NCBI GenBank assembly: GCA_000934665.2 | Contig: JYFJ02000032.1 | Span: 62,001-126,000, forward strand | Direction of reading: 5' to 3' | Length of the DNA: 64,000 nt | From: Catajapyx aquilonaris | Taxonomy: Eukaryota | In this document: piece by piece, positions 13,201-27,100 of the stretch | Layout of the letters: each line of letters starts with the position of its first letter | Numbering within the stretch: position 1 is the first letter of the stretch | Made by a program: the position numbers and the translations under genes | Notes under the pieces: generated by a model | Database searches by the model: none | Seen by the model: the letters and a program-made list of their open reading frames with translations, nothing else | Told to the model about the DNA's origin: nothing

Positions 13201-16200
13201 GCTGTGTTTTACATCCCCTCCCCTGGAAAACCAACTTGGTACAGCCATCTGTGGAAGTAGCCTAGAGAAGAGCCTATTTGTCTGCTAGTTCGAAGAGCAA
13301 CGTAGTGCCGTCAGAGACGAGCTAGGAAGAAAGATGGGGTGCGGGGCTTTTCAATTAACCAGTGGATTGCCGTTCGCAATGGGCAAGCTTTGGGTAGACT
13401 TCTAGACGGAAGGAAAGTACAGTACACAACTGATTTATACCTGCAGCACCTGAGTAGAATCATACCCATTCAGGTTTTATTTTGTTAGATGACAGAAGCA
13501 GGGGTTTCAGTTATTAAAAGCTATACCTTGCTGTGTTTGGACACCTTTTGATTGATAAGTGATTGAAGTTTTGCCGGGTATATAGTGCTGGAAAGGGTTT
13601 GAGGACAAAAAGGGTTTCATCAAGGGAGAACAAAAGTGAATGGTGGGGTTTACAAGGTTTCGATTTCCGACTTGCTGGTCGAGAGTCAGGGGTTCCGGGG
13701 ACCTGGTTACAAAGGCCTGAGGTGGAGGTGAACCCCTATCAATTTCTCACACTCGGCTCAAAGTTTTTCACCGTCTCACTCTACAGTTTCAGCCCAGGGT
13801 GTTTTTTTGGTAGCTTATATCAATCACTGATCATTGGCTACCTGCAAGAGTATAAAGGTGGAAAAAACGTACCCGAAATCCCAAGTATTAGGTGATGTTG
13901 GAACTTCCTGTGGTACTAAGATTTGCATGAAGCACGGCGTACTTTTGCTCTCTGGGCATATTCTTGGTGATGAATGACATTTTAATAACCTGTCAAGTGT
14001 CTTTTTAATTCCCGGGCAAAAAGTAATCTGCGATAGGCTTGCGAGGTAGGGCCTCTAAGAAAACGGTATTTAACGCCTGCCTGGTTTCTGATAACTTTAG
14101 AAGTGAGCAAGTACCAGCAATATGTTAGGAGCTGATGCTTGACTCGTCAGAATTCAATTAGTTACTCTTTAATGAGTTTTCGGAGATTTAATTCTAAACT
14201 ACTAAGAATTTTTTAAGCTGCTGATTTTTAAACAGTTGGTATATTATTGAGGGATTCGTGAATGGAAAATGTCAGAAGTCACGAAGGTGAACGATTATGC
14301 ATAACTTGACTTTTGCTATTACTGTACAAGGCCTGATAATAATGCAGCCACGAGTTTCTGACATAATCATGCATAAGCTTTTTCCACCCCTAGATTTTTT
14401 TTCCCCCCAGAATTTTATGTTCCCAGCAATCGATCTACAACTTTACATTCCGAAAAAGGAGGCCAGACCCAAAAATATTAATCTGATAAAGAACCAAAGC
14501 AGATCATGTTATTAAATGGAAAAGTTTCTACACGAGTTCGGATTTCATTTCAACTTTCATTTCTAATGTCGACTTTTTTTTTAAACCAATACTTAGCAGG
14601 ACTTTTACATTGAAAATATATATGTCCTACGAAGAAGGCCTCCAGGGACTAGTGGAATTTCCGCAGACTCCAGGTATATTGTATAGAGTTTTGGGTAGGT
14701 CTATCAGAGACACTGCAGGGGAGGATAAGCAGGCAATTCAGCAAAGAGGCGCGTAACTTATCAGGCTCCAAACTGGTATTTATGCCATGGCAAGCGCGGA
14801 GTGGCAGCTGGAGCTTAATGATGGGGTGAAAACGGGACCTCCAGCGCACTAATGGTATAAATGCGGAAAGCCAGCTGGCAAAGTGGGAAAGTTTGGAGAC
14901 CTCGGGCAAAACCCCGGACTGCACTTTCGTTGCCCTAACTAGGAAAAGCCTGGGCCCAAAGTAGACAAGGCGGGCGTCCATATTTATTTTACCCCTAGTA
15001 CTGACTGACCTGGCTAATAATAATTTTTTGAAAAGAAGTCAATCCGGCAGAAATTTTTGCTCGCTGAATCAAAGTTTTGCGTCCGGGTAAAATGAACTGC
15101 AACGTCCATTCGTGCCAGCAACACTGGCGACTGTGATTGGAAGCCACTCCCTGGTGGTTGGGCAGATCGAATTCAATGGAATGGGGCTCCGGTGGCAAAC
15201 GGTGCTCCATCACACGGGCCCGTCCCACTGCTGTCACCAGCACTACGGGGATTGACCGGAGGCCACCGTACTATATAGCTCTAGATCCACCTCTTTTTTT
15301 CAGTCAAGCAGGTCACTCTTGCCGGCGATTCTCCATGCCCATAATCGTGCCTCATGCTCTCCTTTTGCGCTATTGTCCTGCCAAAGCGAGGGAAACCTGA
15401 TTTTGGCACACCAAGAGGGATGTGGGAGGCTGCAAAAAATATCCAGAACGCAGGGGGCTTTTGCAAAAAAAAAATTGCAAACGCGAGCATCGCTGATGTT
15501 GCGTTGGCTACCATAAAATACGGCCCTTTTGTGCTTCAAAAAAAAATCCGGGGGACGTTTATTAATCCAGAACCACTAATAAGTTGCTCCACTATCATGC
15601 GCTCATAAATATTTATGTCACTTTTAATTCTGTTGTACAGCTAGATGCCCCGGCTGGTAAGCGCGAAAAGGAGGAATTTTCGCCGCCTCGTGACGTCGTC
15701 GTTTTCCATCCAATTGGAGTAAATTGTATCCTCACACGGAATGAAAAATAACGGCATTTGCATTTACATTTGATGAGCATGAAATCGAAATTAGCCGCAC
15801 CTGTCATGTTCCAACAAGTGAAGGGAATGGTTGCAGAGGGGAAATCGCCCAAACCTGATTAAGAATTTGGTAATATCTGCTCCACGGCTCTAGCGGAAAT
15901 TACGCCACTTCTCACTCGTAATCCAATTGGAGCATAAAGTGCGCTGTAACGGAAGAAATTGAACTCCAGCCCGTAAGTGTGCCGCTCCCGGTGTATTGAG
16001 GTGTACAGTCTGTGAGATCAGTGTATAAGGGAATGGATGTCATTCGTCATCCAGTTTATATTGTTGTCACAAAAATTACCAAATGACTCATATTAAAAAT
16101 CATAGCTCAGAACCTATGGTGTACTGTACCATGCAGCATATAGATAGAGGTGGGCTAATTCGCGCAGCAGCTCATGACAATTTCGCAGCTTACTCATGAC

Positions 16201-16342
16201 TAATGCAACGCTCCCAGGCAGTGAACTGTGTCCAAAATGGCTCTCCACTGGCAAGTTAGTGGACAATTGTAGCTATAACTTAAAATCCTCATTTCCGCCC
16301 TGGGGCCCATGGGAGATGTGCGAGAGTGAGAGGGGATGGAAA

Positions 16343-16364
16343 GAGAGAGAGAGAGAGAGAGAGA
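16343..16364. repeat. (GA)11 dinucleotide microsatellite
   Basis: Perfect GA repeat read directly. Confidence 0.95.
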
Positions 16365-19300
16365 AACACCACGTGGCGTTTAGCTTTATGAATTAAGCAA
16401 GGGCCTGGAAATGAGCACCAACGCAGCCTAAAATGCCTGATAAATAATAGGCGAGCAGCAGTGATGGAAAGGGAGGAAGAAAGGTTGGTTTCCATGATGC
16501 CGTGTATCGCCGGCGTGTTGACTGGCTGGCGGATATCAGCATAAACAATAATTTCCTCAGCGCCCGGACTTATTGGGTCTAAGCGTGCGTTTCGTGTGGG
16601 AAACGAAAGGAACATGAACACCACAAGATGGGACTGATATACGCAACTCTTTATGACAATGTGCCTCCGGGTTGTGAATGTGCATCCAAGTGCACTGCTT
16701 TTCTTCTTGGGCGATATCTTGGCGTGATAGGCAACCCTGAAGCGGACTCTGATTTTTGGGGAGTACAAAGAAGGGTAATTTCCTACAGAGAATGGGGTTT
16801 GGGCCTGGGTCGATTGATGGAATTGCACCAAGTTTGGATGAGATATTATGGCGTGTCAAGCCTTTTTTCTGTAAGGAAGTGCGCTGGAAGGGGGGGGGGG
16901 GATATTTTCAGTCTTAATAACCACGAGTTTGATTGGATTCTTACATTCCGGTTCGTGCAAAACTGAAATTTATTATTTCCATACCTTTTTTTCTGTCCAG
17001 TGCCAACCCGATTTTGGGGGTATGTCTATGGGGAAATTTAAATTACTCTCCGAGCCATGTTCTCTTTTTTTTCAAATCGATATGCCAAGCGCTTCCGCAG
17101 AATCTTGTACTTTCCTCCCTATTCCTTCCCCCAGTAGTAATCCGAACCTGATGGCTCCAAGTAGAGTTCCAATAGATTCGAGACAAGGCCGAGGGATCAA
17201 ATAAGATCACCTGCCTGAGAACGGATTTTTTCCCATCAGTGCTGGCTGTTTCAGTTTGGGTCTCCCAGTTTTTTAGTGGGGGAGTAGGTAAAAAAAATCA
17301 GTGACCTGGAACATCTCTGAAGAAGGTAGCCTAGAGAAAGGGGGAAAAATTGGGAACACGCGTTTTCTGCCCATCCCAGGTCGTTCCCCCGCACGACTCT
17401 TAAAAAAAAAATTTTGTCCGCCCAAGAAAATGGGGCTTCAGTACGGGTCACTAGGGTCGGACCTCTCCAAAATCTCTTTCTCTCAATCTCCTTCCATTTT
17501 TCCTATTCTCTGCCATCCATTCGTTTGGAAAACTCCTTTTTTCCCCCCACTCCCCTTCTTCGTAAGAGTAGGGTCTTTTTCTGCCAACTACAGCGTTGAG
17601 TCAACCTCCCCACTTGGCGAAATATGTACGGGGAAAGGAACCGTGAATGACCCGCGTGAGGGCATCCGGGAGGTTCCTTCCGTCGTCGTTTCCGGAGGAG
17701 ACTGACCGAGAAATCCAGACCTCTTTTTCCTTTTGTTGTCACTACCTATCCGGAAAGTTCCACGGGACGCGACTTCTTTGTCCATCCAGTGGTAGGACAT
17801 CAAGCTTAAAAAAAGGATGGATGATGCACGACCAATTTTGCTCAAGTTGTCTCAGGTCATGTTCGGGCACTGTTCGGGTCCGGTACAGTGTGTGACAAAA
17901 ATGACTTTTAAATCCCCATGTCAAAATATAGCTGTCGGGCCCATGTTTTCGTGTTATTCATAATGCTTTTCAGCGTGATTGACGGTAAAAAGTGCTGAGC
18001 CGCTTCTGGGTGGTTGTAACCCTGTATTACCAGGCATGACCTAGCATTAACGAGTCTGCTCTCACAACATCAACAGGGGGGCCACCCACTTGATGTGCTG
18101 AAAACGAGGTACTATCTGGCCATACACTTTGGAAAACTGACCTTTGGAACGGAGGACACTTGTAAACCCGCCATGGGGAGCTTCCGGAGCTGGGTCTTAA
18201 ATGGCGATCATGGCCTGGTCGTCTCTAACGAGTTTGTAAAGGTCGGCGTGGGAGTCCTCTCTGGGCTTACGTCAGTTTCCGGAAATCCTTCTCTGATGTT
18301 GCGGGTTGCTTTCTGCGGGACAAGAGGGATTTCGCAGGGCTTTTGTATACCATAGGCGTCACCTCCCGCTTTTTTTATTTTCTTTCTTAGCGAGTCGTGG
18401 GAAGGGAGATGTGGTCCGTTCCGGGCCGGTGCTTGTCTCGGATTTGCAGGCCTAATGAGGGGGGCTAGTCCGGGGCTCATGCAATGTAGTGTCGCACATC
18501 CGCTTCTGAAATGAAGATGGATGTGCAGGTGGTACTTTGCCAAATTTTTGGGAGGCTCCCGGGCCCGTTTCAAGACGTGTGTGCCAGCTTAATCCAGCAA
18601 GGTTGCGTGCGACCGATAAGCAAAAACGGGGAGGAGGGTATCCATTTCAAAATTAATTCCAACTTTCCAAATTACGTGTGCTGTATGCCCATTTTGCATA
18701 CGACCATAACTCTACCGGGCGCTTATCAACGTTGCGTTTCTCGGCCCAACCTTCCCCCCGACCATTTGCGCAAAGTGATTACATTGGGAGTGAAAGATGC
18801 GGAGGAAGTGCAGCCAATAAGGAAGAGCAATTACTTTAATAACCGTGGTGGTGTTGAGCAGCCACGCGTCCATTTATGGTAGGTTGGTCTGTCGCTGGCT
18901 GCCGGGATTCTTCTGTCTTCATCCCTTTTAACTGATGACCCTAGTTATATGGAGGACCCCCCCTCCCCTTACCCCCCACCCTTCTTTTTTATGCAGGCCC
19001 ATTTAGGTATGAATAATCTCTGGCTTCTTAGACACTGACACAGAGAGGAATGGGGGTAAACTAGGGAGGATCTGGCCCTTCTTCATCAATCATGTCCTTT
19101 TTTGTGTGTTCGCGAAAAAAATATCGGGAGGAAGGAACTTTGCACTGACTTTTTTTTTTAAAAAATGAGGGAAGATTCGACTATAAGTTTAGCGATATTT
19201 GAATAAGGAGACTTCATACTACCTGATATCGCCTTGTAATTGAGTTTGCGGATTTGGCAGCTCTGCTAAAAACATGACTTGGGCGTTGCACCACTATGTA

Positions 19301-20660
19301 TAAGTACACATTTTTTATTTACATATTTGTGTTCATTTATTTACCCACGAGTGGTTTGCCAAATGTAAATGCACACTGAAAAAATCTTGTTCGTCGTATA
19401 ATGCCAATGGGTGATGTGATTTAGTGCAACTTGGTAATTTTTACTGTAGTTGGGCCACCTTATAAAGAAGTCTGTGCGTCATGTTACGACTCTAAGGAAC
19501 AGCCTCTTGATAATGAAAGTAATTTGAAAACACCTACTCCTTTCCTCCGTGAATAATTATGCGATTGTTATCATTCTCAAATAGGAGGCTGCCACCGTTT
19601 TAAATGTAGATTTAGCGGACTTGAATAATACACAGGAATATTTGCCTGGCGAGGGGAATGACCCTTGCTGAAGATTCATCCCTACAAAAATAATAAGGGT
19701 ATAGCCATTGTCGTATACCTGCACCATCATAAGCCAAAATTTTTATTACGTGTCGCACATGCAGAAACCGGCATTATAACACAACTGGTTTTTTTTTGTA
19801 GTTGTTTTGCAAGTGACGCAAATTTATACCTCCCGTCAGCTATATATTCTAATCGGTTTGCAACAAAGTGTCCGGGACTCTTTTGCATAACACAAACGTG
19901 AAGGACATGTCAAAACGGGAAAAGGTCACATCACTCGACTTCTGCAGTTCATTTGCCAAAAAAAGAAGAAAAGTTGCAACCTCGGACTTTAAAAACGGAT
20001 TCCTTCTGACTCGTGCTCAGTCCATTAGTGCAGGATACATTCCACGTGTGTATATAGTGTTGTCCATAGAGAGAGAGAACCGGGTCCTCTGGCCTTTTTG
20101 CCCCCTTTTGCTTGGGCCGAGGATATAAGGAATGGTGTCTCTGCACGCACGCCACACTCATCTAACCTACACGCAGAAGTCAAGCGCGCGACATTATTCA
20201 TAATTTTCGGAAGGGTGAAAAACCGGAGGAAGTCTAGAAGGGGGCGGTTTTTCTGGTTTGCTTCAGGTTTTCCTCGCCACCTCCGCTACATTCATTCCAA
20301 TAAAACTTGGGATTGCTTTGACTAATTCGCCATGCTTTATTCCCCCCCTTTCCTCTACTACTACCTGACGAGACGCCACAAGTTTTGCAGGGGGCTTGAA
20401 AGCTGGAGAATTGGATTAGAGCACTTGGTCTGGGCTGTCTGCCTTGATGATTTCATTATTAGTCATAGATTGTAAAGACTGCGACACCTTTGTAAAGAGG
20501 GGGGGAAACTTGAGATTCCAGTCTGTTCACGCCGAGTACTTATTGACAAGAGAAAGCGACAGTTACGAGGCTTTTTTTTCCTTTCAAGTCCTGCTGGTTT
20601 CTGAGTAACTTGCATGGGACAAATTGACTTGAAGTGTGTGCGCATGCGACTTCCTGAGGA

Positions 20661-20710
20661 GTGAGTTTTTGGATAATGTCATTAATGAGTGATATTTCTT
20701 CTCGTTACAG
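20661..20710 (+). other. candidate 50-nt GT-AG spliceosomal intron
   Basis: Starts GTGAGT, is AT-rich, and ends with a pyrimidine tract TTTCTTCTCGTTACAG. Confidence 0.4.
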
Positions 20711-20727
20711 ATTTCAAGCCTCACTCG
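20711..20727 (+). other. candidate 17-nt micro-exon
   Basis: Flanked by a ...TTACAG acceptor and a consensus G|GTAAGT donor at 20728. Confidence 0.35.
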
Positions 20728-23700
20728 GTAAGTACCGTTTTGGTATAATCTACCCGGTAATTATTTTCACTGGTTTTCTGCTCAATTTTACGCACTTTTT
20801 GAAGCATGACAAATTTGCTCGCAACGGATTCGTCAGCGATGTTTCCTCCAAATTGCGTGAAATTTTTAATAAAATCTAAAATTTAGCCGATGGATTCATT
20901 TTGCAACAGTGGAAAAGTCAAAAATTATTTAGAAAGTACGTAAACTTCATATGTGACGGTCTATTGAGATTAAAAATTAATAAATAAGGGTTACGACGTG
21001 CAGCATTCTTTACTACCACGCGGATTTATAAATCTGTCGTATCCTTACCGCAACAAGTATATTTTACAGTTTGAGTTGGCCAACACTGATAAGGTCCGAA
21101 ATTCAATAATGGGGCGGACAATTTCGCAGCACTTTTTTTATAAAAAAAAGCGTCCGAACTTATCTCGCCACAATAAAAAACGGTCTCATTTTTTTCGCAA
21201 TCATGCAGCCCTGGCGAGTGGGCGCAAAAGGGGTTACATTGTCAGTTGCATGCATCAGTGCATAGGCGTCTGTTACACCGCACCATGCATCTCACGTTGA
21301 GAGATTTATCGGAAAAGCCTGCTCAAGTTAGTAACTAATCTAGTCAGGAAAAAAGAACGGTAACGTGTTGAGGTAGGTCGAAAAGACTGATGCCCTTTTC
21401 AGGTCATAAGCAAAAACCTGCAGCACATCCCGTGTCGACTGGAGACATATGTCATCCATGACGTCATAGAGAGCAGGACTCAGCGGCACGTATGCACGTT
21501 CGGACAGTAAATCTCGACTCGTGTCCGGTAGCCTGAAATCAGGATTACGATGTTGATCCATCTTGAATTATGCCGTTGCGAAAACCTGTTCTCATTATTT
21601 CGGCGGACAGCATTTGCGTCTTGTCCCAGGTGCAGCACGGCCTACCCCTCAAAGTGATATACGGCTTTTCCCAAGAATATACTTCGGTGCAGCTAGCTCC
21701 CTGGCAAATTTTGCCTGGGCCGGATTAAGGATATCCTGTGGATATAATTACGCCCGCAAGATTCGGGGGGGCGGGCCTTTTTTCTTCCAGACTCGTTAAT
21801 ATCCCTTACCTGGGAATTGTTGTTTGGGATGGGTGAGATATTTTCTTCGCTTGAGAGATGCCTCAATAATATTTTTTTTGCCATACACTGTTCGTGTGGG
21901 AGATGCTTTTCCGATATGTCTTACCTTGGTGGGTACTTGTATAGGAAACAAATAAACAGCCAGGGTCCCCTTCCTTCCAACTTAATGGATGTTCCAGAAA
22001 GGGATCAAAATTCTAGTCGCTGTCACCTCGTTATATCTTGATCGCTCTCTGATCGAAAGATGGTGTAGTCACTTTATGGAGTTTTATTACTTGCACGAGA
22101 GTGAGCCTCTGAGACTATTTCCTTGGAAACAAAGTTACATCAAAATGATTTGATGGGAGGGTTGAGAGTGGAGGGGATCAGAGATCTGTTGGTAAAGTTT
22201 GGCAGAAGGGGAGGGGGGGGGGGGAGAGATAATGGTAGCGCAATGTTTTCCTGTCTCGAGCCTGATGGAGCTTATTACTGACAACACCGCTTTCCACAGT
22301 AATGGAGAAGTCGACTAGAACGGAGGGAGAAATTTATCGATGACAGACGACTTCATGCGTGTCGCTTAGGGTGGCAAAAGAGACCCTTTTTTCCTCTCAG
22401 AAAATCCTAAGAATGCCGGAATGGTTCCCATTATTAACGAGCCACTGTGCCTCTGGTTGGTGTTATTCGGCTCCAGAAAAAAAGTGCAAGTAACGGAAAT
22501 ATTAATCGCGGATGCTCATTAACACTTGCTCATTACCCAGGCGCCTAGCACGTCCCTGGTTGCTATCAGGCTGGGCAATCTCAAGCCTACAAAATGTGTA
22601 TTTCCACAGACAAGACAGACACGGCTTTACCGCGCAGCATCCATATCGCGCCAACTTTATGCCCCGTGTCGCGACAGAGTCACTTTTGGGATAATTTGTG
22701 GCTTTTTCCAGGCAGATTTAATTTGGTGGATCGTATCTACCCCCTTGCGTTGTCTGGTAAAGCTCGTGGATAATTTTTACTGAAGGTTTTCCCTTTGTAG
22801 GAAGAGCGCAAAAGCTGCTCAACCGCTTTTTTTTCTATCTCCCCGCTGCATACTCTCCCTCGTGGCATTATCTCTCAGCATTTACATGCAACATCTTCTG
22901 CGTTTGCGTTGTAATAGACAATCCAGTGGGACAGCTGGGAATTCTGCCATATCTGGAAGCATCATCTCGGACACTTTTAGGTTTTGCTTTCATGCATTCG
23001 AGAATCCGCAGGTTATATACATATAGAGCAAGAAGGCTCGAGCTCATGGCAAATTCATTGCATCATTGCATTGTCAGAGTGCTTGAGAAAACAAGCCAAA
23101 GTGTTCCACTTTTTTTTTGCGGGTCAACAATTTGGAAAGAACACTTCTAATATCAAATTTATGAGGGCATTATATTCAAGCTGGTGGATGTTTTTCTCCA
23201 TAGATTTTTTTCCCTCCCACTTTTTTTTCTGTGGCCCTCGTTATGCGTTCCCCCCTACCGTATATCTAAAGGGAATGAGGGAAGTTAGGGAAAAAGGTAG
23301 GAAAAAGAAGTTGGAGCAGCGCGTGTCCCTAGCCATAAGTCGCTAAGGGCGCCGGATGGAAATTGGGGCAGGCCTTCGGGTCACGGAATTTTTCTTGGCG
23401 TGTGAATGGGTTGAAGTGACTGGCTCCAACCCAGCGTATCCTGCTGGTGCAAAAGTAGGGGAGGTGGGGAGGGGGGGGGGGGTTCTCTCTCTCAAACTCT
23501 GAAAGCAATACCAAGTTGGATAATGGGAAGTTGGCTCAGATTTCCTTTGGTAATGAGCCGGGAGATCATATCAGTACGTCTGCTTTAACGATTTTTGTTG
23601 TGAAACCCGCAATATTGTGTCGCAATTTTCTGGTATGTGCCGGACATATCCCTTGTTTGTGAAGAAAAATGAGCAGCTCCGCCTGTTTTTTTTCCTTCTC

Positions 23701-24040
23701 ATTCAATGTGAGCTCTTGCAGATAACGCAGTGCCGTAATATGGCCATGGCAGTATGAATGCTTCAAAGCATCTGCCAAAGATCCCCCGCTGCTTATAGGC
23801 CCGGGCATCTTTGTCATACGTTGAATTACGCTCACCCTTTCGGTTATTTTCCGCACAAAAAAGGAACCTGAATCCCTGCCTATTCCTTCAGGCCACCATT
23901 ATCCGCTGCGTTCTATTGAAGTCCCTTTATTAGATACCCCCACTGAAGGCGACTGGCTTCATTTTCTACTTTGGCACCTTTGATGCTTCTGTCCCGACAC
24001 CTTGAGGAGCCCAGCCTAGCCTGAAAAATCCACTGGTTCG

Positions 24041-24180
24041 CAAAAAAAAGCAGGAAAAAAGGAGAGAGAGAAGAAACGGAAAAAAGGAAGGAGCCAAAGG
24101 GAGGGAGGGAATGATAATATAAAAAGGGGGGGAGAAAAATAGTGAGGGTGGGAAAGAAATGAGGAAACTTGAAGAGACGC
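24041..24180 (+). repeat. low-complexity purine-rich tract
   Basis: About 140 nt dominated by A/G (e.g. GGAAAAAAGGAGAGAGAGAAGAAACGGAAAAAAGGAAGGAG). It explains the Phe/Leu/Pro/Ser-rich antisense ORFs at 23913-24242. Confidence 0.8.
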
Positions 24181-27100
24181 AAAGCCCTGGAGACGCATAA
24201 CTCAGGTTGGCTGCGCAAGTATCGCAATCCAGTCGGAATCACGACACACTCTCTTGCTAGCTCTATCCTTTTTCCTTCTTTTGGTCAGAAAAAAAACCGT
24301 TTTGTTAGATGCATTGGGCCAGGAGAGAATCACGGAATTTGGTGACTTGCATCACTCACATTGGAAATATCTGGTCGAAAAAATATTTATGTTAGCGATT
24401 AGTCCAGGATATTTGAACGGCACCATGTTGATTCTGAAGTTATCTGAAAGTATTTGCATTTAATATATGGTTTAATGCATTTTAAAAAAATCTGCACAGG
24501 GGTTGGGGATTGACTTGCACAAAATGGGTCAACTATTGACTGGTCTGTGTCACGGGGTTCCAAATGGTCCATTACCAATGCTGCAATGCATCTGGCCCGA
24601 AAAAAATCATTACGGTTCAGGGCCCGGTTGACTGCTTATTCATCTTCACCTAATACTCGTATTACCAGCTATTTTACCTGAAATGGTATTGTTCAAAAGT
24701 AACTGGTTAAAATAACAGCTTTCATTGTGTCAGAAATTGCTAATTGAAGGGTCGATTTACTTGTAAATCCACCTTTACGGTATATTTTAGATACGAAAAT
24801 CCCTATATGTTGGTGGTCGCTGATTAATTCGTGCCGATACCTTCAAGCGCTCGGAATTCATAATGTTTTGGTCCTGCTCTCGAACCGCAGTCGTTATTTT
24901 ATTATTGACATGTACAGATGGGATTTTTTTCCAGGCTTGGACTACGATCCCAAGCTATAAATTACTAATGGCCCATAACGTTTAATGCTAGGAATAAAAT
25001 CCCGCATTAGCAAGAGCTTCAGATACGTCGATTTATGTGAGCATCGTGCATTTCCAAGTGCGCGACCCAGGATTTCCGCAGCATATACGTGCCCTGTGCC
25101 ACACTGTGTTGGTGTATAACTTTATGCCATCGCGAATGGACGACTGGTGATTTCATGCCTGCTTATTTACGCCAATTATTTAAATACGGACCTGATCAGT
25201 GTTCCAGCCAGAAAATCAGTGCAGAATACGTAAATATTTGGCGGATCTATCAGTGCGTGCTAAACTCTAACGGCGTGAAATATGCTGATCTTAGTGCAGT
25301 GCTGCACATTATGGTGTGTAACGTATAGTGAAGCATGAAACCCACCCAGATTTGACATACTCGAGTAGGCGAATTAATCATGCCAGCCGCGCGAGCCCCA
25401 CTGGGAGTGTGTAGCCACCAGCTTATCGAGTATTCGAAGTAACATCAGGCTGTAATGTAGGTTGATGAATTTTGTAATCGGAGTGAGGTTGGCAGGGCCA
25501 GGGTTTAGAAATGGACCGACTCAATGTATACATGGCCGTGCTGTAAAATCAAGGTCTAACTTCATACCTTTTCCAGCAAGTTTTAAGCACGTTAAGGATG
25601 TTTTGTATTCCGTGCAGTACATCACATTGTGGGCTTTTTTTCCCCGAGAAGAGGGACTCTTTTGGGCCTCTTTTCTTCTTCATGCTTCCCTCGGTTGCTT
25701 AGACATGGGATCCACGCAGCACTCTATCCCGCCCAATCAATCAGAGGCCTTGTTTACCACACACTTGCCCAGGCCTGGGCCATTCTACATTGTCGCTTAG
25801 CTCGTGCAACTGCCAGGCCCTTTAACGGATAACGCCGGGCCTTCAGCATATGGTAAATACGAGTCGGATTTGACAGCCGACACAACTGCGAGGATGCGTC
25901 CTAATGACTTACAATCACGATATAAATGTATGGGGAACAGGCCGAGTCGTGGAGATGGAACGGAGTAATTCGCTTTGCGGTCATGCTGTAATTACAGGCC
26001 AGCTTTGCAATGGAAGGAAACTTCGCAATACTACACAGGTGGTGCACTGCTCAAGTCTGATGCAGTTGCTGGAGTAAACATCCTTAGACTAAATGCAGCT
26101 AAAGGCAACTTAATGTCAAAAAATTAGCTTATGCCATGTTTGAAACATTCATAGCCATTTTTTATCCACAGTGTCAAATTTATCAAAACAAGATCAGCTA
26201 AAGGGCGATGGTCTCGTTTTAAAAAAATATATATATTCGCCGTTCAATTTCCCTAAAGCAACAAGCGAGTCGCGTTGTCTTAGAGGTGCGATCCGCTTAT
26301 TCAAAAAGCACTCTTTATACCGGATTGAACAACTATACTCTTCTCTCCCCTTGTGTTCATTTGCAACGGATTGTTTGCGCAGACTGATTCTATCCGGGGG
26401 ACACTTGCCAAGTTGACACATGGCTTTCCTCGTTTTGCTACAAGTGAAATGACAACGCGTGTTATTTCTGGAACAAGGAAGTATTATTTTTGTGCCGCGA
26501 CCTGGCACGTCACGCTGCAATCCACTGCGGTAATTAACCCTCAAGTAGACGCGCCTGTATGATGAATAGGCCCGCTCTACTCTGTACCGTGATAGTATAC
26601 GGGTTTCTCTTCAATACTTTGTGTACTAATTATATTTAACAGTTTTTTTTGCATCAAAATAGGCCATCTGCCGCGTTGTTGTGCATTTACTCATTTTTGA
26701 TACCACACCTGCTATCCTTGAAGAGTCCTCCATATACCATTCATTAAAAGAAAAAAAGGCTCATATTGTTGGGCCATGAACAATCTTCATCAATGCTGAC
26801 CAATAATATTATTTTTGACACACTTTTTGTGAAGCAAGCTGCTCATAGTTGGCAGAATTACTGTACGTTACTGTACGTACAAGTATATAACTCTGTGAAT
26901 GGACAATTTACGAGTTTTCTCAGTTGGTATTGCACCTACCGTGCGATAGTTTTTATTATCCACTACAGACACCGTGGCTTCATTCTGTCCACCACTCGCA
27001 GACATGTCACAACAGAAAAGGGGTACCAAAAAAAAAAATCTCCACATGCGTGCACCAATTTTGCGAGCGCGTCCAAGTCGGATTAGGAGCATATATGAAA

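Noticed and set aside
21369..21390. let-7-family-like TGAGGTAGGTCGAAAAGACTGA
   Set aside because: The seed matches, but there is no complementary arm pairing with the seed region on either side.
21391..21406. Histone 3' stem-loop-like TGCCCTTTTCAGGTCA
   Set aside because: Mismatch in the stem and no histone ORF upstream; better explained as a splice acceptor.
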